Assembly (NCBI GenBank): GCA_003971905.1
Contig: RSEE01000012.1
Coordinates: 434,001 to 498,000, forward strand
Reading direction: 5' to 3'
Length of the DNA: 64,000 bases
Source: Moniliella sp. 'wahieum'
Lineage: Eukaryota
The stretch's first letter is position 1; each line of letters begins with the position of its first letter. A program made the position numbers and the translations under genes. The notes below the pieces were generated by a model. It was not told the origin of the DNA and did no database searches. It worked only from the letters and a program-made list of their open reading frames with translations. This document shows positions 52,349 through 64,000 of this stretch, piece by piece.

Positions 52349-52630
52349 TGTTGCAGAGTATAGTGCCAATATGCTTTTCCTCTGCACTCCATCCAATTGA
52401 TAGGCCCCCGGTGACGCTCTTCTCGCTCAGCTGCGAATTCGGCCTGCGCGCAGGCTACGCTGCGCTCCTCCGCCCCCAAGTTGTTCAGTGCACCGACTTG
52501 TCTCTTAACAACTCTTTCTTGTCTCCTTCCCTTCAGATTGCTTGAAGGATTTGGGTGGCTAAGCATCTTGCCTTCTCGCACGCTGATCTCTCGTGCTGCC
52601 CGTGGCGTTCTCTAGCCGCACTCTACAGAG
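52349..52630 (+). mobile_element. Diverged LTR-like repeat, copy D
   Basis: Starts TGTTG and shares ggtgacgctc, tctccttcccttcaga..ttgcttgaag..gtggct and gcactcta with copies A-C. May extend to CAACA at 52846. Confidence 0.5.
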
Positions 52631-53040
52631 TCAGATCCATTATCGTGGTCTAGCCACCTCTAACCGAGTCAGGTCCATGATGCATGATTCGTGGTCTAGC
52701 CGCAGTATATTTTGACTGTGTGTGATTCACGATCGACACATTTCACAATTGGAACGAGAGCTTCGCCTCTCAGCATCCTGTTTTAATTGTACTGCGGACT
52801 ACGCCGCCCGCAGTTAAATTACTAAACGCAATATCGATCCTCAACATTGGCAGTGGTGTGCGGGCGCCCACAATATACTCGTTCAGAGCATCATTGAGAA
52901 CCCTTCTCGCTCACTCTCGAACAACGCCGATGTTATAGCGGGTATGAAGAGTCCTTTTCTACTCTCCACTGCACCCTTTTCCGCACCTTGCAACCCAACT
53001 GGCACCCTCACACACACACTGCCCGGCACCCACATATACT

Positions 53041-54020
53041 ATGAACAACAACCTCACTCAAGGCGGCCGCCCTGTCGAAGAGGGACTCAGCTCTTCCCGC
53101 ATACGACTCTGACGGGTTTGCTAGCGACCCAGACTTGAAGCTCACGTCGTCAGACACGTGGTCAGTCGACTTCGAGCAGGACAAGCGTTGGCCCGATCAC
53201 TCTCACACTGCTATTTCGCGCCCCTGGCCTCAGCCGAAGACACGAGTCAGCCGGCAGCCGCACCGCCTGACCGACCTGTCCCCCACGGGCTCGATCGGGC
53301 CGTCCTCCCTCCCGGTACACTTTCATCTTGGATCAGGCCCTGAATTCAGCCGCGCTGCCATTGCTTGGGTGTGTTACCCTTCTTTCCCTCCACTCCAATC
53401 AATCGTGATGTCTAATATTAACCACAAAACACACAGAACCCAATCCCTGGAGGACGGCGTACCGAGGTCTTGTACCGCTGGGTGTACGGCCCAGCGTTTC
53501 CCGTTCTCGCATTTTCATGGATGGCTCGGTAATGCCTTGTTTAATGTCCAGCGTCTCTCTGTCACCCGCCACGGACGCTGGGTCGTCACCTCCACCTCGA
53601 CCGGGGAAACAGTCTTAACGATCGAACGCAAGGCCATTCCTCCCCTTCGACTGCAGGTGACGGTCAACAGTGGATATTTGTCCCGCCCTTCCGGACCGGA
53701 AGGAGGGAGAACGCTCATCGCCATCATGTGGGACAACATGAGGCTCCACAGTATGGCTGCCAACGCACACCCTTTGTTGGTTGGACTGTGACGTCCAACA
53801 CAAACAAGGTGATTGCTGACTTTTCAGAGGCCTTGCAACACGAATTCAACGTGACAGGTATGTCCCACATCTTAACGCGTCCAAAGTGATGTCAGAGTGA
53901 TTTCTGCAGGGCTTTTTGGTTGCAGAGTCGCGGAGTGCATTGTGACTTGTGACTCGCTGGCCTGCTACTCGCGCGTCACGCGACAGCTGATGAAGAGGTC
54001 ACAAGGGCGCCGCAGGTCTC
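53041..54020 (+). CDS. Hypothetical protein, possibly LURP-one/Tubby-C-like
   Basis: ORF pieces with beta-rich segments (GNALFNVQR...STGETVLTIERK) and intron-like segments at about 53369-53436 and from 53858. Family call is weak. Confidence 0.3.
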
Positions 54021-54559
54021 TGTAAACAAAATAAGCGATTACTGTGCGCGGATACATGATCCTGATGCACATTTCGGGGAATGCGTGCATACTGACGAGT
54101 CATCTTGAATCTCCCCAGTCGCACCCCATTCCGACCAGATGGTAACTGCCTGTATGGGCTTCATATTTCGCGAGATTGAGATCGTGCTGCGAGGGTCCCA
54201 GAATCTCGGCGTGGTCGACTTGGCGCGTAAAGGCATCGCAATGAGCAGTAGTAAGTGACGCGTATTATCACACGCACAAACGGGAAAATCTCAGATCTCA
54301 GATTTCACACGATCTCACGAAGGATATATATCTTTTTTTGATCACCTTCGATTGTGGTCGCTACTTGTATAGAATGCCGCAGAAAGAGCGCGGCGGACCA
54401 CGAGGTATGTCACCGCCATACTGTCACCAGTGGTGCCCTCCTGAATGAACGCGTGAATACACGTATGTGTGAACCACCAAGATAGCAAGGGCAGTAGCGA
54501 TGCTAATACCAGTCACCACTATCCGATTCTTTCTCCCACTCCCTCACTATCGCTACTAT

Positions 54560-57500
54560 CCACATAACAGTAGAAGTGCGGTGTTCTTTGTAGCTCTCCT
54601 GCCCCATGACACCTGGGCATCATAAGAAGGGTGAGCTTCTTAGTTGAAAGAGAGAAAAGTTATATTGATGGAACGGGACTGGAGTGGGGGGGTGTATATA
54701 TGGTACAAAAAAGCTGTTAGCGGATACGCCGACCAAGACCCCCAGATACGGCACGCCAGAAGGCGCGGGCAACCCTGATGCCCCCGCGATCGAAGTGCGG
54801 GTAAGAGCTCGACTGCAATGTAGAGCACTGCATAGCAGAGGGGGAAGTTGATGAGCATAGCGGCCCAGTAAGGAATGCCAGCCTCCAGCATCTTGAGCGT
54901 TGTCACTGCGCCCACAGTCCAGAAGACGGTGCCGTGGAGAAGGTACAGGGAGAAGGCGTTGCGCCCAAAGATGGTCCATGCACGCAACGTGAACAACACT
55001 CGCACGAATTTGCTTAAGTCGCAAAGAAGGAAGAATGACATGACCCAAATGCCGTCTTGGATGGGGGTGTGTAATAAGGCCTTGCCACATGAGCCCAATA
55101 GTTGGGCACACCAAACTGGAAGTTGGCCTTGACCTCAAATTCACTGTCGCGGGCGTTGAAGTACGCTGTTGAGTGAGCCAAGTGATGATGGCCCCAAGGC
55201 AGAAGAGTGCCCAGCAAAGGGCTCGTACGTCATGCGGAATTTGCCAAATACCTTAAACCCTTTGGCCGAGAGCTGGCGGTATTTGAGACGGTTATCCAGA
55301 TCGGCAACCATAAGCCCAGCAATGAAGAAATAATCGTACCGGTTTGACCACCACTCGATCGTAATGCAAGCCATGTAGTAACTGTACGCTTCAGGAATTC
55401 TTGATCTCACGTGCAATAAGGGCGCATATGTAAACCGTCCATGACGACTGGATGATAACTGGAACGGTCCAGAGAATACCTGTAGCGTAATGGCGCGTGA
55501 GAGGAGTGATGCTGGGAGGTTGCATCCACCAAAGACAAATAGTCGTTGATAAACTCTCCCAGAGAGAAAAGTCTTCGTAATGACCAACCACTGAGCGTGC
55601 GCGCAGGCAAACGAGCAACCCAGTAAAACGCGCCCTGGAAAGAGATGAGCTGTTGAATGGATGTTCAGAAACCGCGCAACCACGGAAAAATACGTACAAC
55701 TTCAATAAGGAAGTAGTTTATAAGGAGGGCCGCTGATATTGTTGTTGCGAGGCGAGGGACCCGAGTGAGGACTGTTGAGCCAAGTCTTGCAAGTTACCAC
55801 GGACCAGGTACCGATTTGCGATTACACGAGCAGCAAGAACGAAAAAAGTGCCCACATTCAGCTCACCGTTGCAGATAACCGGGCCAATGGTTCGACGTAT
55901 CCAAAGCTCAACGTGTAGTGATAAGGAACATGGGGAGGGTGAATCCGTAATAGTAATCATGTCCAATGGTGGATAGACACCAGCAAGCACGCAAAGCCGC
56001 GGAGACCATCTAGGTATTCAACCCGCCGCACCTGATCCCGTAGCACCTCCCTCGCCCTTGTGGACAAAGACCTTGTACTTGATCCGTTCCCAAAATGTCT
56101 CCTGTTTGCCCTGCTCATCAGTCAGACCGGTTTTGTCGGGGTTCTGAGACTTGGCAAGGGGACCCTTCATTTCGACTCTGCTCTCCCTCGGTGCAGGTTT
56201 CCATTCAACAATTGGAGTAGTCCAGCTGACCGGCATCATGGACCCGTCCTCAAGCAGCATCTGCGGGTGAGGATGGAAAGAGACCAAGTCGGGAAGACCT
56301 GGAGGGGCACCCAACCCATCTTCACCCGACAAAACCGAGTTGTTGTACAGCGATGTCTCCGAGGTGATGGTCGAATACGTTTCCGTAAAGGGAAGATTAG
56401 CACTACCGCCAACATTGCTTTTCGGAGTAGCCAAATTGGGCACACTTCGTTGAGGATGAAGCAATGGGTCACCATACCAGAGGGAGTGCGTGAAGGAGTT
56501 TGGATGCCGTTTTGGATACGAAGCCCCAATTCAGTTACAGAAGCGCTGGCGAGGCTTGGGGCAGAAGAAGAAAACCCCTTGGTGGAACCGAACCGACGGT
56601 GCACGGTATCCGGCGGCCAAGGTGTCTGCCAAACTCAAGTTGGTACCCTTAGCAGCAGATGTTGATAAAGGGGTCGTCAACCATCAATAACACCTTATCG
56701 TCATCATGAACGTCTGAATCGCTGTCTTCTTCGCCATCATCAATGATAAGGTCCGGGTTGTCCCATGCGGTCATAGCTCTTCAAACACCTTCTTGTCCGT
56801 TAGTTCGGCCAAATGTACTGATTCTGAAGGCGGTAACTCCAACAAGGACGTCATAGAAGGTACTGCTTCTTCAAACGGCTGATGACCATCACGGTTGTAC
56901 TCCTCATAAACAGACGCTTTTTGGTCCGAACCCGAGCTAGCCGACGTATCAAGGCATGAATGAACAGGATAGTAAAGATGCTCGTTGAGATAGCAAAGCC
57001 AATCCATGAATAGGGGCGGACGTGGTAGTGTGAATGCCACATGGGCTGATTTTGGGTCATGATCATGTCAAATGGCGTCGAGTTGCGTAGGGTCATGTCT
57101 TCCGTCGAACAAACCTGAGCTCCGCCAGCCGCATCACACTGTTGATTGAACTGCTCCCAACGAGCAGAATGGAAAGAGTTGAAGAGAGGCGAGCATAGCG
57201 GATCTGGGCAAGTGGCGCCTTATGCTTGGGGGGTCCACGGGACCCAGTGGGAGACCCATTGGACCAATGCTTGTAGCTGAATGGTCCAGGGAGGACAGGG
57301 ATGTCGACTTTCTGTGATCTGGGCCGGACCACAGCGGTCAAAGACGAGTTGGTCCCATCATTTGACCAATCATCACAGTTGGAAGCCAATCCATTCGATA
57401 CTCGTGCCAGTCATGAATCCTCTGCCCAGAACTGATGCTGGACTGGTTAAAAAACGACGGGATTGGAGGGGTTTTCTTTGGAAGAGTAGGACATGGACAG

Positions 57501-58060
57501 TGTGGCATCAGAAGCGTTGTCGTTGCTGAAGAGAGTCTGAATGATGGAAGACTCGTTGTACGCAATCGCAATGTCAAATTCGGTCCCGGCTTTGTGAAGG
57601 ATGGGCGTAATAACCATTGTACGGAAGGAACCGTACAGGATGTCACGGCGGCGTGTTTGAAACTGGCTCCCGTACACGATTCGATGCTTCTGGTCGGCAG
57701 GCTGAACGAGCATGTTCATGCTACTTTGATTGAGGAAGGTATTGTCGTACGATACAGCGGCGCCACAATGCAGAAAAGTCATTCTCCCATTCGTTGGTCC
57801 TCTGACTGTTAATCCAGGGTTGCTGTCCGGTTCCAGCATAACCAGGATCATCCCTCCCGAAGCGGTCGGCGGATCTTTCGGGATAGAACACCACCTGGTC
57901 CGCTGCATCGGTCTCGTTGAAGTAGGTGATGATGGCATCGGTATATATATCGGGTGTTGGGGTCCTTGTATCCGCACGCACACTGCTGAGCCCATGCACT
58001 GGAGGACAAAGCGGCGATGATGGACCCAGTAAGGATTAGTTTCGTCGGCTTGAGCCACAT
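54560..58060 (-). CDS. GH16-like domain + TM helix + acyltransferase-3 (AT3) fusion protein
   Basis: Signal peptide MWLKPTKLILTGSIIAALSSSAWA, CACGY, RRRDILYGSFR, WHEYRMDWLP, KHWSNG..GPP; TM at about 56947-57015; AT3 motifs RVEYLDGLRGFACLLVSIHH (from 56028), FFVL, LWTVP, GRNAFSLYLLHG. 3' end approximate. Confidence 0.82.
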
Positions 58061-58496
58061 CCCGGAATCGCGGGGTAGTCTGGTGAGGCGGATGTGGGGT
58101 CAATAATACTGGCGCAACAGGGAGATGGCATAAACCGCCACAGGCCCAATCACCCCGGAGAGGCTGTGTGGCCGACCACAGGCTGATTTACGCAAGCTTA
58201 TGTGGGTACCCGAAAAGAGAGGAAGTGAGAGGGACGTACGGGTTATTCTGTTTGTTCTCAAAAGGAGAGATATGTGGTGGTGGGGAGGTGGTGGAACACA
58301 GGAGGAAAGGGCGGCGTGGAGGTTCAAGAAGGCGTGAAGGTTGGGGAAGGTGGAAAGGGAGATGATGAATGCCGTTTTCTCGGTTATATGTGCCCGCGCA
58401 CATAAGTATAGGTTCTTTCTACTGGGTCACTGGCAGTAACATCGAGACACTATTTCTGCGGTACGTCAGTGGTACGTCTCCCGCATCTCTCGTCCG

Positions 58497-58545
58497 TCAC
58501 GTGTCACATGTCACGCGTCACAGCTGTCACATGTCACATGTCACA
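58497..58545. repeat. TCA + palindromic spacer array upstream of the GH16-AT3 gene
   Basis: TCA-CGTG, TCA-CATG, TCA-CGCG, TCA-CAGCTG, TCA-CATG, TCA-CATG in tandem. Confidence 0.85.
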
Positions 58546-61255
58546 GTCCAGTCCGGAACCTGGACAAAGGCCGAGATCTGAGATGACCGAGACCTGGAGG
58601 TTCACTTCATCGCATCCATCATGTGTCACAAGTACAGTTCGGCGGCGCCCTTTCGCTGGTTGTGAACGATGTGATGAGAACCCGATGGACGTGAACGTCA
58701 TTGGTCGCTCGTTTAACCACGGAACAGCTCGTGTGTGCACACACGCGTGCACAAAAAACATATAATAGTAAGCTATACCAAGCAATTACTACTGGCTGTG
58801 GCCCGCTGCGGCGCTAGGGTCGGCCTAGAAAGATCACACGTGCACCATGCATAAGGACTAAGATGCACAGGACGGCCTTAGTCTTAAGGTACTGCAGAAG
58901 GTGCAGCATACTGCAAAATGCGTATAATGGCTGAGGTACATAAGGCGTGGCTGTGGCTGTAAGGCCTAAGGCCGAAGGCCAGGGTCGATAACGCATCAAC
59001 AGTCACTTACTAACTATTAGCATTAGTAGTGACTAGTGCCTAGTGACTATAGTATACCTACTACTACCACTGTGGTTTACACGTTTATTTTTTTGACATG
59101 TTTCCAACATCAGCTTCATTAATCCTCTCGGGTGTGTACCGCATCTATAGTAACTATATTTGATGGAGGAGACGGGATGTGCCAGGGAGTGTCTGTGGGA
59201 GCCCTCAGCGCGCGCCCGATGAGGCTGAGATATCTAAAAGAGTGCTTGCCCATCTCGATCGTAGCGTCCCCCCGACCCCAATATAAGCCCCAAGCACGTT
59301 TGCCTGTCGAGATGAGGCATAATTTTGAGCGATGGCTTCCATCGCCTGTACAGGTATGTGTTGACCAAAATGTTCACCAAAATAGAGTAGTGAGATTCTA
59401 ATGGTTAAACGTTAAACATTAAAATGCATAGCAATGAGATGCATGCTAAAATGTGCTAATGATGCTAAGATCATTAATTGATCGATGAATGTTTTCTCAG
59501 CTTCTCCCAGGATCTCAGATCTCAGCAAAGAAACGCTGAGGCTCAGCTTTGAAATTTGAGTTGAGACGTTGAGGGTTACCGGTTACGGGTTAACATCGAG
59601 GCTCAGCGCGCTCAGCGAGCGCTCAGCCGCTCAGAAAATGCCCGGATGCTCACACGAACCACTGCGAAGCCGCCGATCAGGTCCACCAGGGATGATCGAT
59701 GATCGATGTCCATATTCGGGCCGGGTGTATCGAACGTGTATCTGCGAAAAGTGGAGTATGAACACGATGCATGATATCCGATGCATGACTGTTCGATAAT
59801 CGATGAGATCATCGATTATGAGGATGTGAGATGATCGATGAGTGGGATGTGAGATCGATGATTTTTTGACAGCCATAGCATTGCATGACGCATCATGCAT
59901 CATGCATCATGCAATGCATCCTAATGCACGCCTCGATGACCTTGCCGACGGAACAGCATTGATAAATGTCGTCCTAAACAAACTGACACTACTGTCTTTT
60001 TGTCCCCACGTTGCAAATATATAAATGTCTGAGGTGGAGAACATTTTCAGGACTTGTACTTAGTAGAGGAATAATAGATCCGTGGTGTGCTCCGTACGTG
60101 TTGATGTTGGATGGGACACAGCCTGCGGGCCAGTCCGTCTCGAGGCATGTGTGGTCCTTGGAGGAGTCATGCAATAATCACCCCAAAATAGTGATGTGCT
60201 GGTTGCGGTCCATAAGCACTTACGTGAATATGTCAGAGCCGTTAACTTCTCTCGTTAACACCACTGTGCCTACAAGGACTTAGATCTCACGACAGAACAA
60301 AAACCAAAAAAAAGGTATCTCATACAGACCTCATTGCTGTGTGGGTCTGTGACGTGGTTAGTTTCTTGGGCTATGGAACTCCTACATAGCACTACTAGAT
60401 CTGAAGGGGGAAACAGCCATCATGATGGGCTAGGACGTTCGGACTGGCCACACTCAAGAAAAGCCACACCTAAAAATACATTTCTATCCGGGGTCCATTT
60501 TATATACGTCAACTAGCAATAAGAAACAAACATTTTGTCAAGTGTGGTTACCATGAACGTTGTGAGGCACATGCGGGAATGATTCAGGATGGTTTTCCTT
60601 CGAAACACCCTTTCTGCAGAGCCTGGCATTATAGGTCACAATGTCTTTCGTCCTTTTTTATTGCCCCTGAGTTTTCCAATACGATATGTCTTCTCTGCGG
60701 GACCGCCATCACTTCCACTCTTCCGCACTTTGGTGGTGGTCGTGCGTAAAAAGCTCGTTGGTGTATAGATCTTATTTCAAGCACTCGGGCCATGCTGCTT
60801 GCGACCAGTTTTAGTTACGACTTCTTTTTTCAATCATCTTTTGTTGCTGTCTCCATTACTATAGCCAGCTACACCATTTCGTTTTTCTTTTTATCGAGTC
60901 CATTTATCGCTCACCACTGCGTATAGCAATTCGGCTCTCATTCTCATCGCCCTGCACAAAAGTGAGTTAATATATGGGGATGCCGCAATTTGTTGGAGGA
61001 ACGGCATTGTATATAGATGCGCGATCCTAGCATGAGAAACATAATATTATGTTGGCTTCATGACGGGGTAACCGATAACATATATGGAAAACAGAAGACG
61101 TTTAGGCGGACCAGAAGATTCCTTTTCATTTAAGAGCCTGGGAAGGCGTATGACACCAGTTTGGCCGTGGAACCAACAGAGAAAAAATGCGGCGGGGAGG
61201 GGGGGGGATGATGACGTGAGAGGTGGTAAGTTGACCTCACAACTGGGTCAGTGAC

Positions 61256-63198
61256 TTATTGTGGAGAAGAGGTCATCTTAGAAAGAAACCGAAGTAATAT
61301 TAATAGTACCGTTCCGGAGTGTATGTTGACGCTAGTAGGTTTCGGGAGTCGTTGGCTCAGGATCTGGAGCCAAGTGACGTTCGGACCGCTTCTCCTCCTC
61401 ATGCATTTATATCTTCTCCAATCTCTCCATGTCTTAACAGCCAAGGCAGAGATCTCCCCTTTGACTAGAGCATGACGTGACGTGAAGCCAGGAGGACAAC
61501 CACGTGCGACTGTTCCAGGCTTTGCAATCGGGTCGTGGTACATCAGGTCAACTTGTTCCAGACTGAGACCTTGTGTCTCTCGAACAAAGAAGAAGACCAG
61601 CAGTGCGTGACAATATTCCAAGCAGCAAAGATGAAGCCATACGCTGATGAAAAGAGGTGGATTAGTATATATGGGACGCAAACAGTCAAAACCAGACCAA
61701 ACGAGCCAAATATATAGTAGTCTAAGAAAAGATCGAAAAAAGAGAACATACCGTAGCCAATGTTACCCGTAATGGGCTGGGTGAAGAATGCAAGGGCAAG
61801 TTCCAGGCCCAGTTAGTGGCCGTTGACAGGGCAGCTTGCTTGGCCACGAGTGCGTGAACCGAAATTCTCGCCGCACCAGATCCATACGGCAGGAGACCAA
61901 GTGCATGCAAGGCATAGGACAAAAAGCAGCCAGCCACAGTCATCAGGTCGCCAATGCTCTTGGAGACGTGGGGTTTACCCATCACACCGCTCTCGTTACC
62001 CGCGACACCAGCAATGGCGAAGACGAAAGCCACAGGGAACATGCAATCGCGCCCCCACGCTTCCACCATCCAGAGACCGGGGGCAGTACAGACAAAGTTT
62101 GACAGCACCAAGGATAATTGGGTTGCGTATGAGTCCTTGAGGCCGGCGTTGGCAAACACCTGATTGCCGTAAAAGAAGAAGTCTGGACGGAACATTGTGT
62201 CAGTGGCTGATTTGGCAATGACATGCTGAGGAAAGTCTTATGAACGTACAGTTTCCGCAGCAGAGTTGCTGCCCCTCTGGAGGGCCATGCCCATGCATGT
62301 CCGAGCAAGTCGAGTTCTCCAATTTGAAGCAGTCCACCCAGGTCTTCGGAGACGTTGGAAGCCTTTTCCTCCTCGATATTCCGAATGAGGTCATTGTATT
62401 CGCATTCAACGTGAGGATCGTGATCCTCAACCGTCACACCGTGCATAACAGCAATTGTTTTCTTCGCTTCGTCGTAACAGCCCTTTTGTGCGCTAATGGT
62501 GGGAGACTCGGGGGTCAGCAACGCTAGAGCACCCTGGAGAAGAGCAAATACGAAGCCGATTGCAGCCAAAACTCGCCACGACGCCGAATCGTGTTGCCCG
62601 CATGTCGAGTCCCAATAGCAATGGCGTATGCCAGCAAAATACCGAGGGTAATTGCAAACTGGAAAAAACCTCCCATCATGCCGCGGATTTGCCGGGGCAT
62701 GAGCTCGGACTGGTATACGGGTGCAAGGGCTGAAGACATGCCAATGCCGTAGCCTGACACCAATCGACCAATTCCGAATTGAACCCAAAGCTGACGGAGG
62801 CTACTTTAATGATGCAGCCAAAGATGATCCAGAGAGCCGAGATCTGGACACTGTACTTAGTGCCTAAGCGATGTTGCCATATGTTGCCAGTAAGAGCGCC
62901 GATACCACAACCATCGACATAAATCCCGTTATCAAGCCCTGGAGCCAAGGAGACCAGGCTTTCTGGTACTTCCCATCAGGATAGGTGGCAGCGCCTGTGG
63001 CAAGCGGCGCTGAAAATCTTCCATGGGGTACATACCTGCCATAATACCGGTTTCATGCCAAACTGTCTTCATCCATACATCAAAAAGATCATCAGTAGGA
63101 TGTTTTGCTGTGCTGGCGCACAAAAATGCAGCAGAAAAGAGTTTTACTGCGTCCGTTAAGTCCGGCACCATAGTCACCAGGGTGACCAGGTGGACCAT
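61256..63198 (-). CDS. MFS sugar porter (hexose transporter-like), heavily frameshifted
   Basis: GYGIGMSSALAPVYQSELMPRQIRG, FQFAITLGILLAY, SWR, PESP, QQL, FFFYG, STATNWAWN, FFVRETQGLSLEQVD. Ends approximate. Pseudogene status cannot be separated from sequence error. Confidence 0.85.
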
Positions 63199-64000
63199 GA
63201 TGCCGACAGAAGTGCCCCCGATCTCATGGTGAATCAGACAGTTGACAGCAAAAATGGGAAGGCGATTAGAGGAGAGTGAAGGCCTCAAAAGAGGAGCTTT
63301 TTTCGTAGGGTTTCGTTATAGTGGTGAGAGAAGGCGGAAAGATGTTGCGGATGGGGTAAGAAGGATGGTTCGGCCCCGGCGGTTTCCATTTATACACTCC
63401 AATGATTTGTATACAAGAGAGAGAATATTGACTAACCATATCAGTCCATATGATTGGAACTGTCGAGCCTAATGTATGCGGCCATATCCTTGGCAGTCAT
63501 TTGCGGGTCTCTATAGGTTCTATTAGTCACTCACTAGGTCAGGAACAGCCTCGTCACAAACAGCAGTGTTTTGGGTGGGGAGATGCAAGCTGCACCAGAC
63601 CGCAACACTGCGGCAACTGTGCTGCACCCCGGAAAATCATACGGAGCCCCACTATGCTCCGGGTTGGAGACCCAATCCCATCTTCGCCTCTGTCTCCATG
63701 TGTATGTGCCACATGCTGCACTGTACCTGTGTCCCGGTTCCAACACACAGTGGGTTGCATCAGTCTTGTCTCGCTCCACGAGCTCACTATTGTAACTCCC
63801 GCGAGCTACTCTTGTACCCCCCTCCAGCAACCAGCAACGGCTCTTCGGCAGCCTTCTGCAGCACATTGCAAGGTGCGGGGAGCTGCATTATGGTGCCACC
63901 CCCCCGAAAAGGTCTTCGGTTGACGAGTCAATATTCAATGAACTAAATTGGTGCTCCCCAGGCCTGCTGCTGCATATATATAGGCGCATAGCCCTGCTAC

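Noticed and set aside
1..64000. tRNA, rRNA or snoRNA genes
   Set aside because: No cloverleaf with a T-loop, rRNA-like segment or convincing C/D box pair was found by eye; a covariance-model scan (tRNAscan-SE, Infernal) would be needed to exclude them.

Overview
A 64-kb, GC-rich, gene-dense eukaryotic window from a fungus, most likely a basidiomycete (Ustilaginomycotina-like: few short GT-AG introns with CTRAC branch sites, compact intergenic spacers). About 20 genes are recognisable: Rck2/Srk1-type kinase, GET2-like, OSH, VDAC, CCDC47, TIM17, lysyl-tRNA synthetase, PalC, metacaspase, a DPBB/expansin-like secreted protein, eL42, SNU13, gamma-glutamyltransferase, CBP3, SFT2-like, VPS13, a GH16-AT3 fusion and a sugar porter. 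Most long genes, including essential ones, are broken by single-base indels. I read these as uncorrected long-read errors, so gene ends are approximate. The most interesting signals are: (1) an intergenic heptamer grammar, TGA/TCA (sometimes TAA) plus a variable but palindromic 4-mer, repeated in tandem upstream of genes; (2) a protein with a signal peptide, an apparently catalytically dead GH16 domain, a TM helix and an acyltransferase-3 domain; (3) four copies of a roughly 250-290 bp LTR-like repeat, two of which bracket a short TRIM-like unit. No tRNA, rRNA or CRISPR array was seen.
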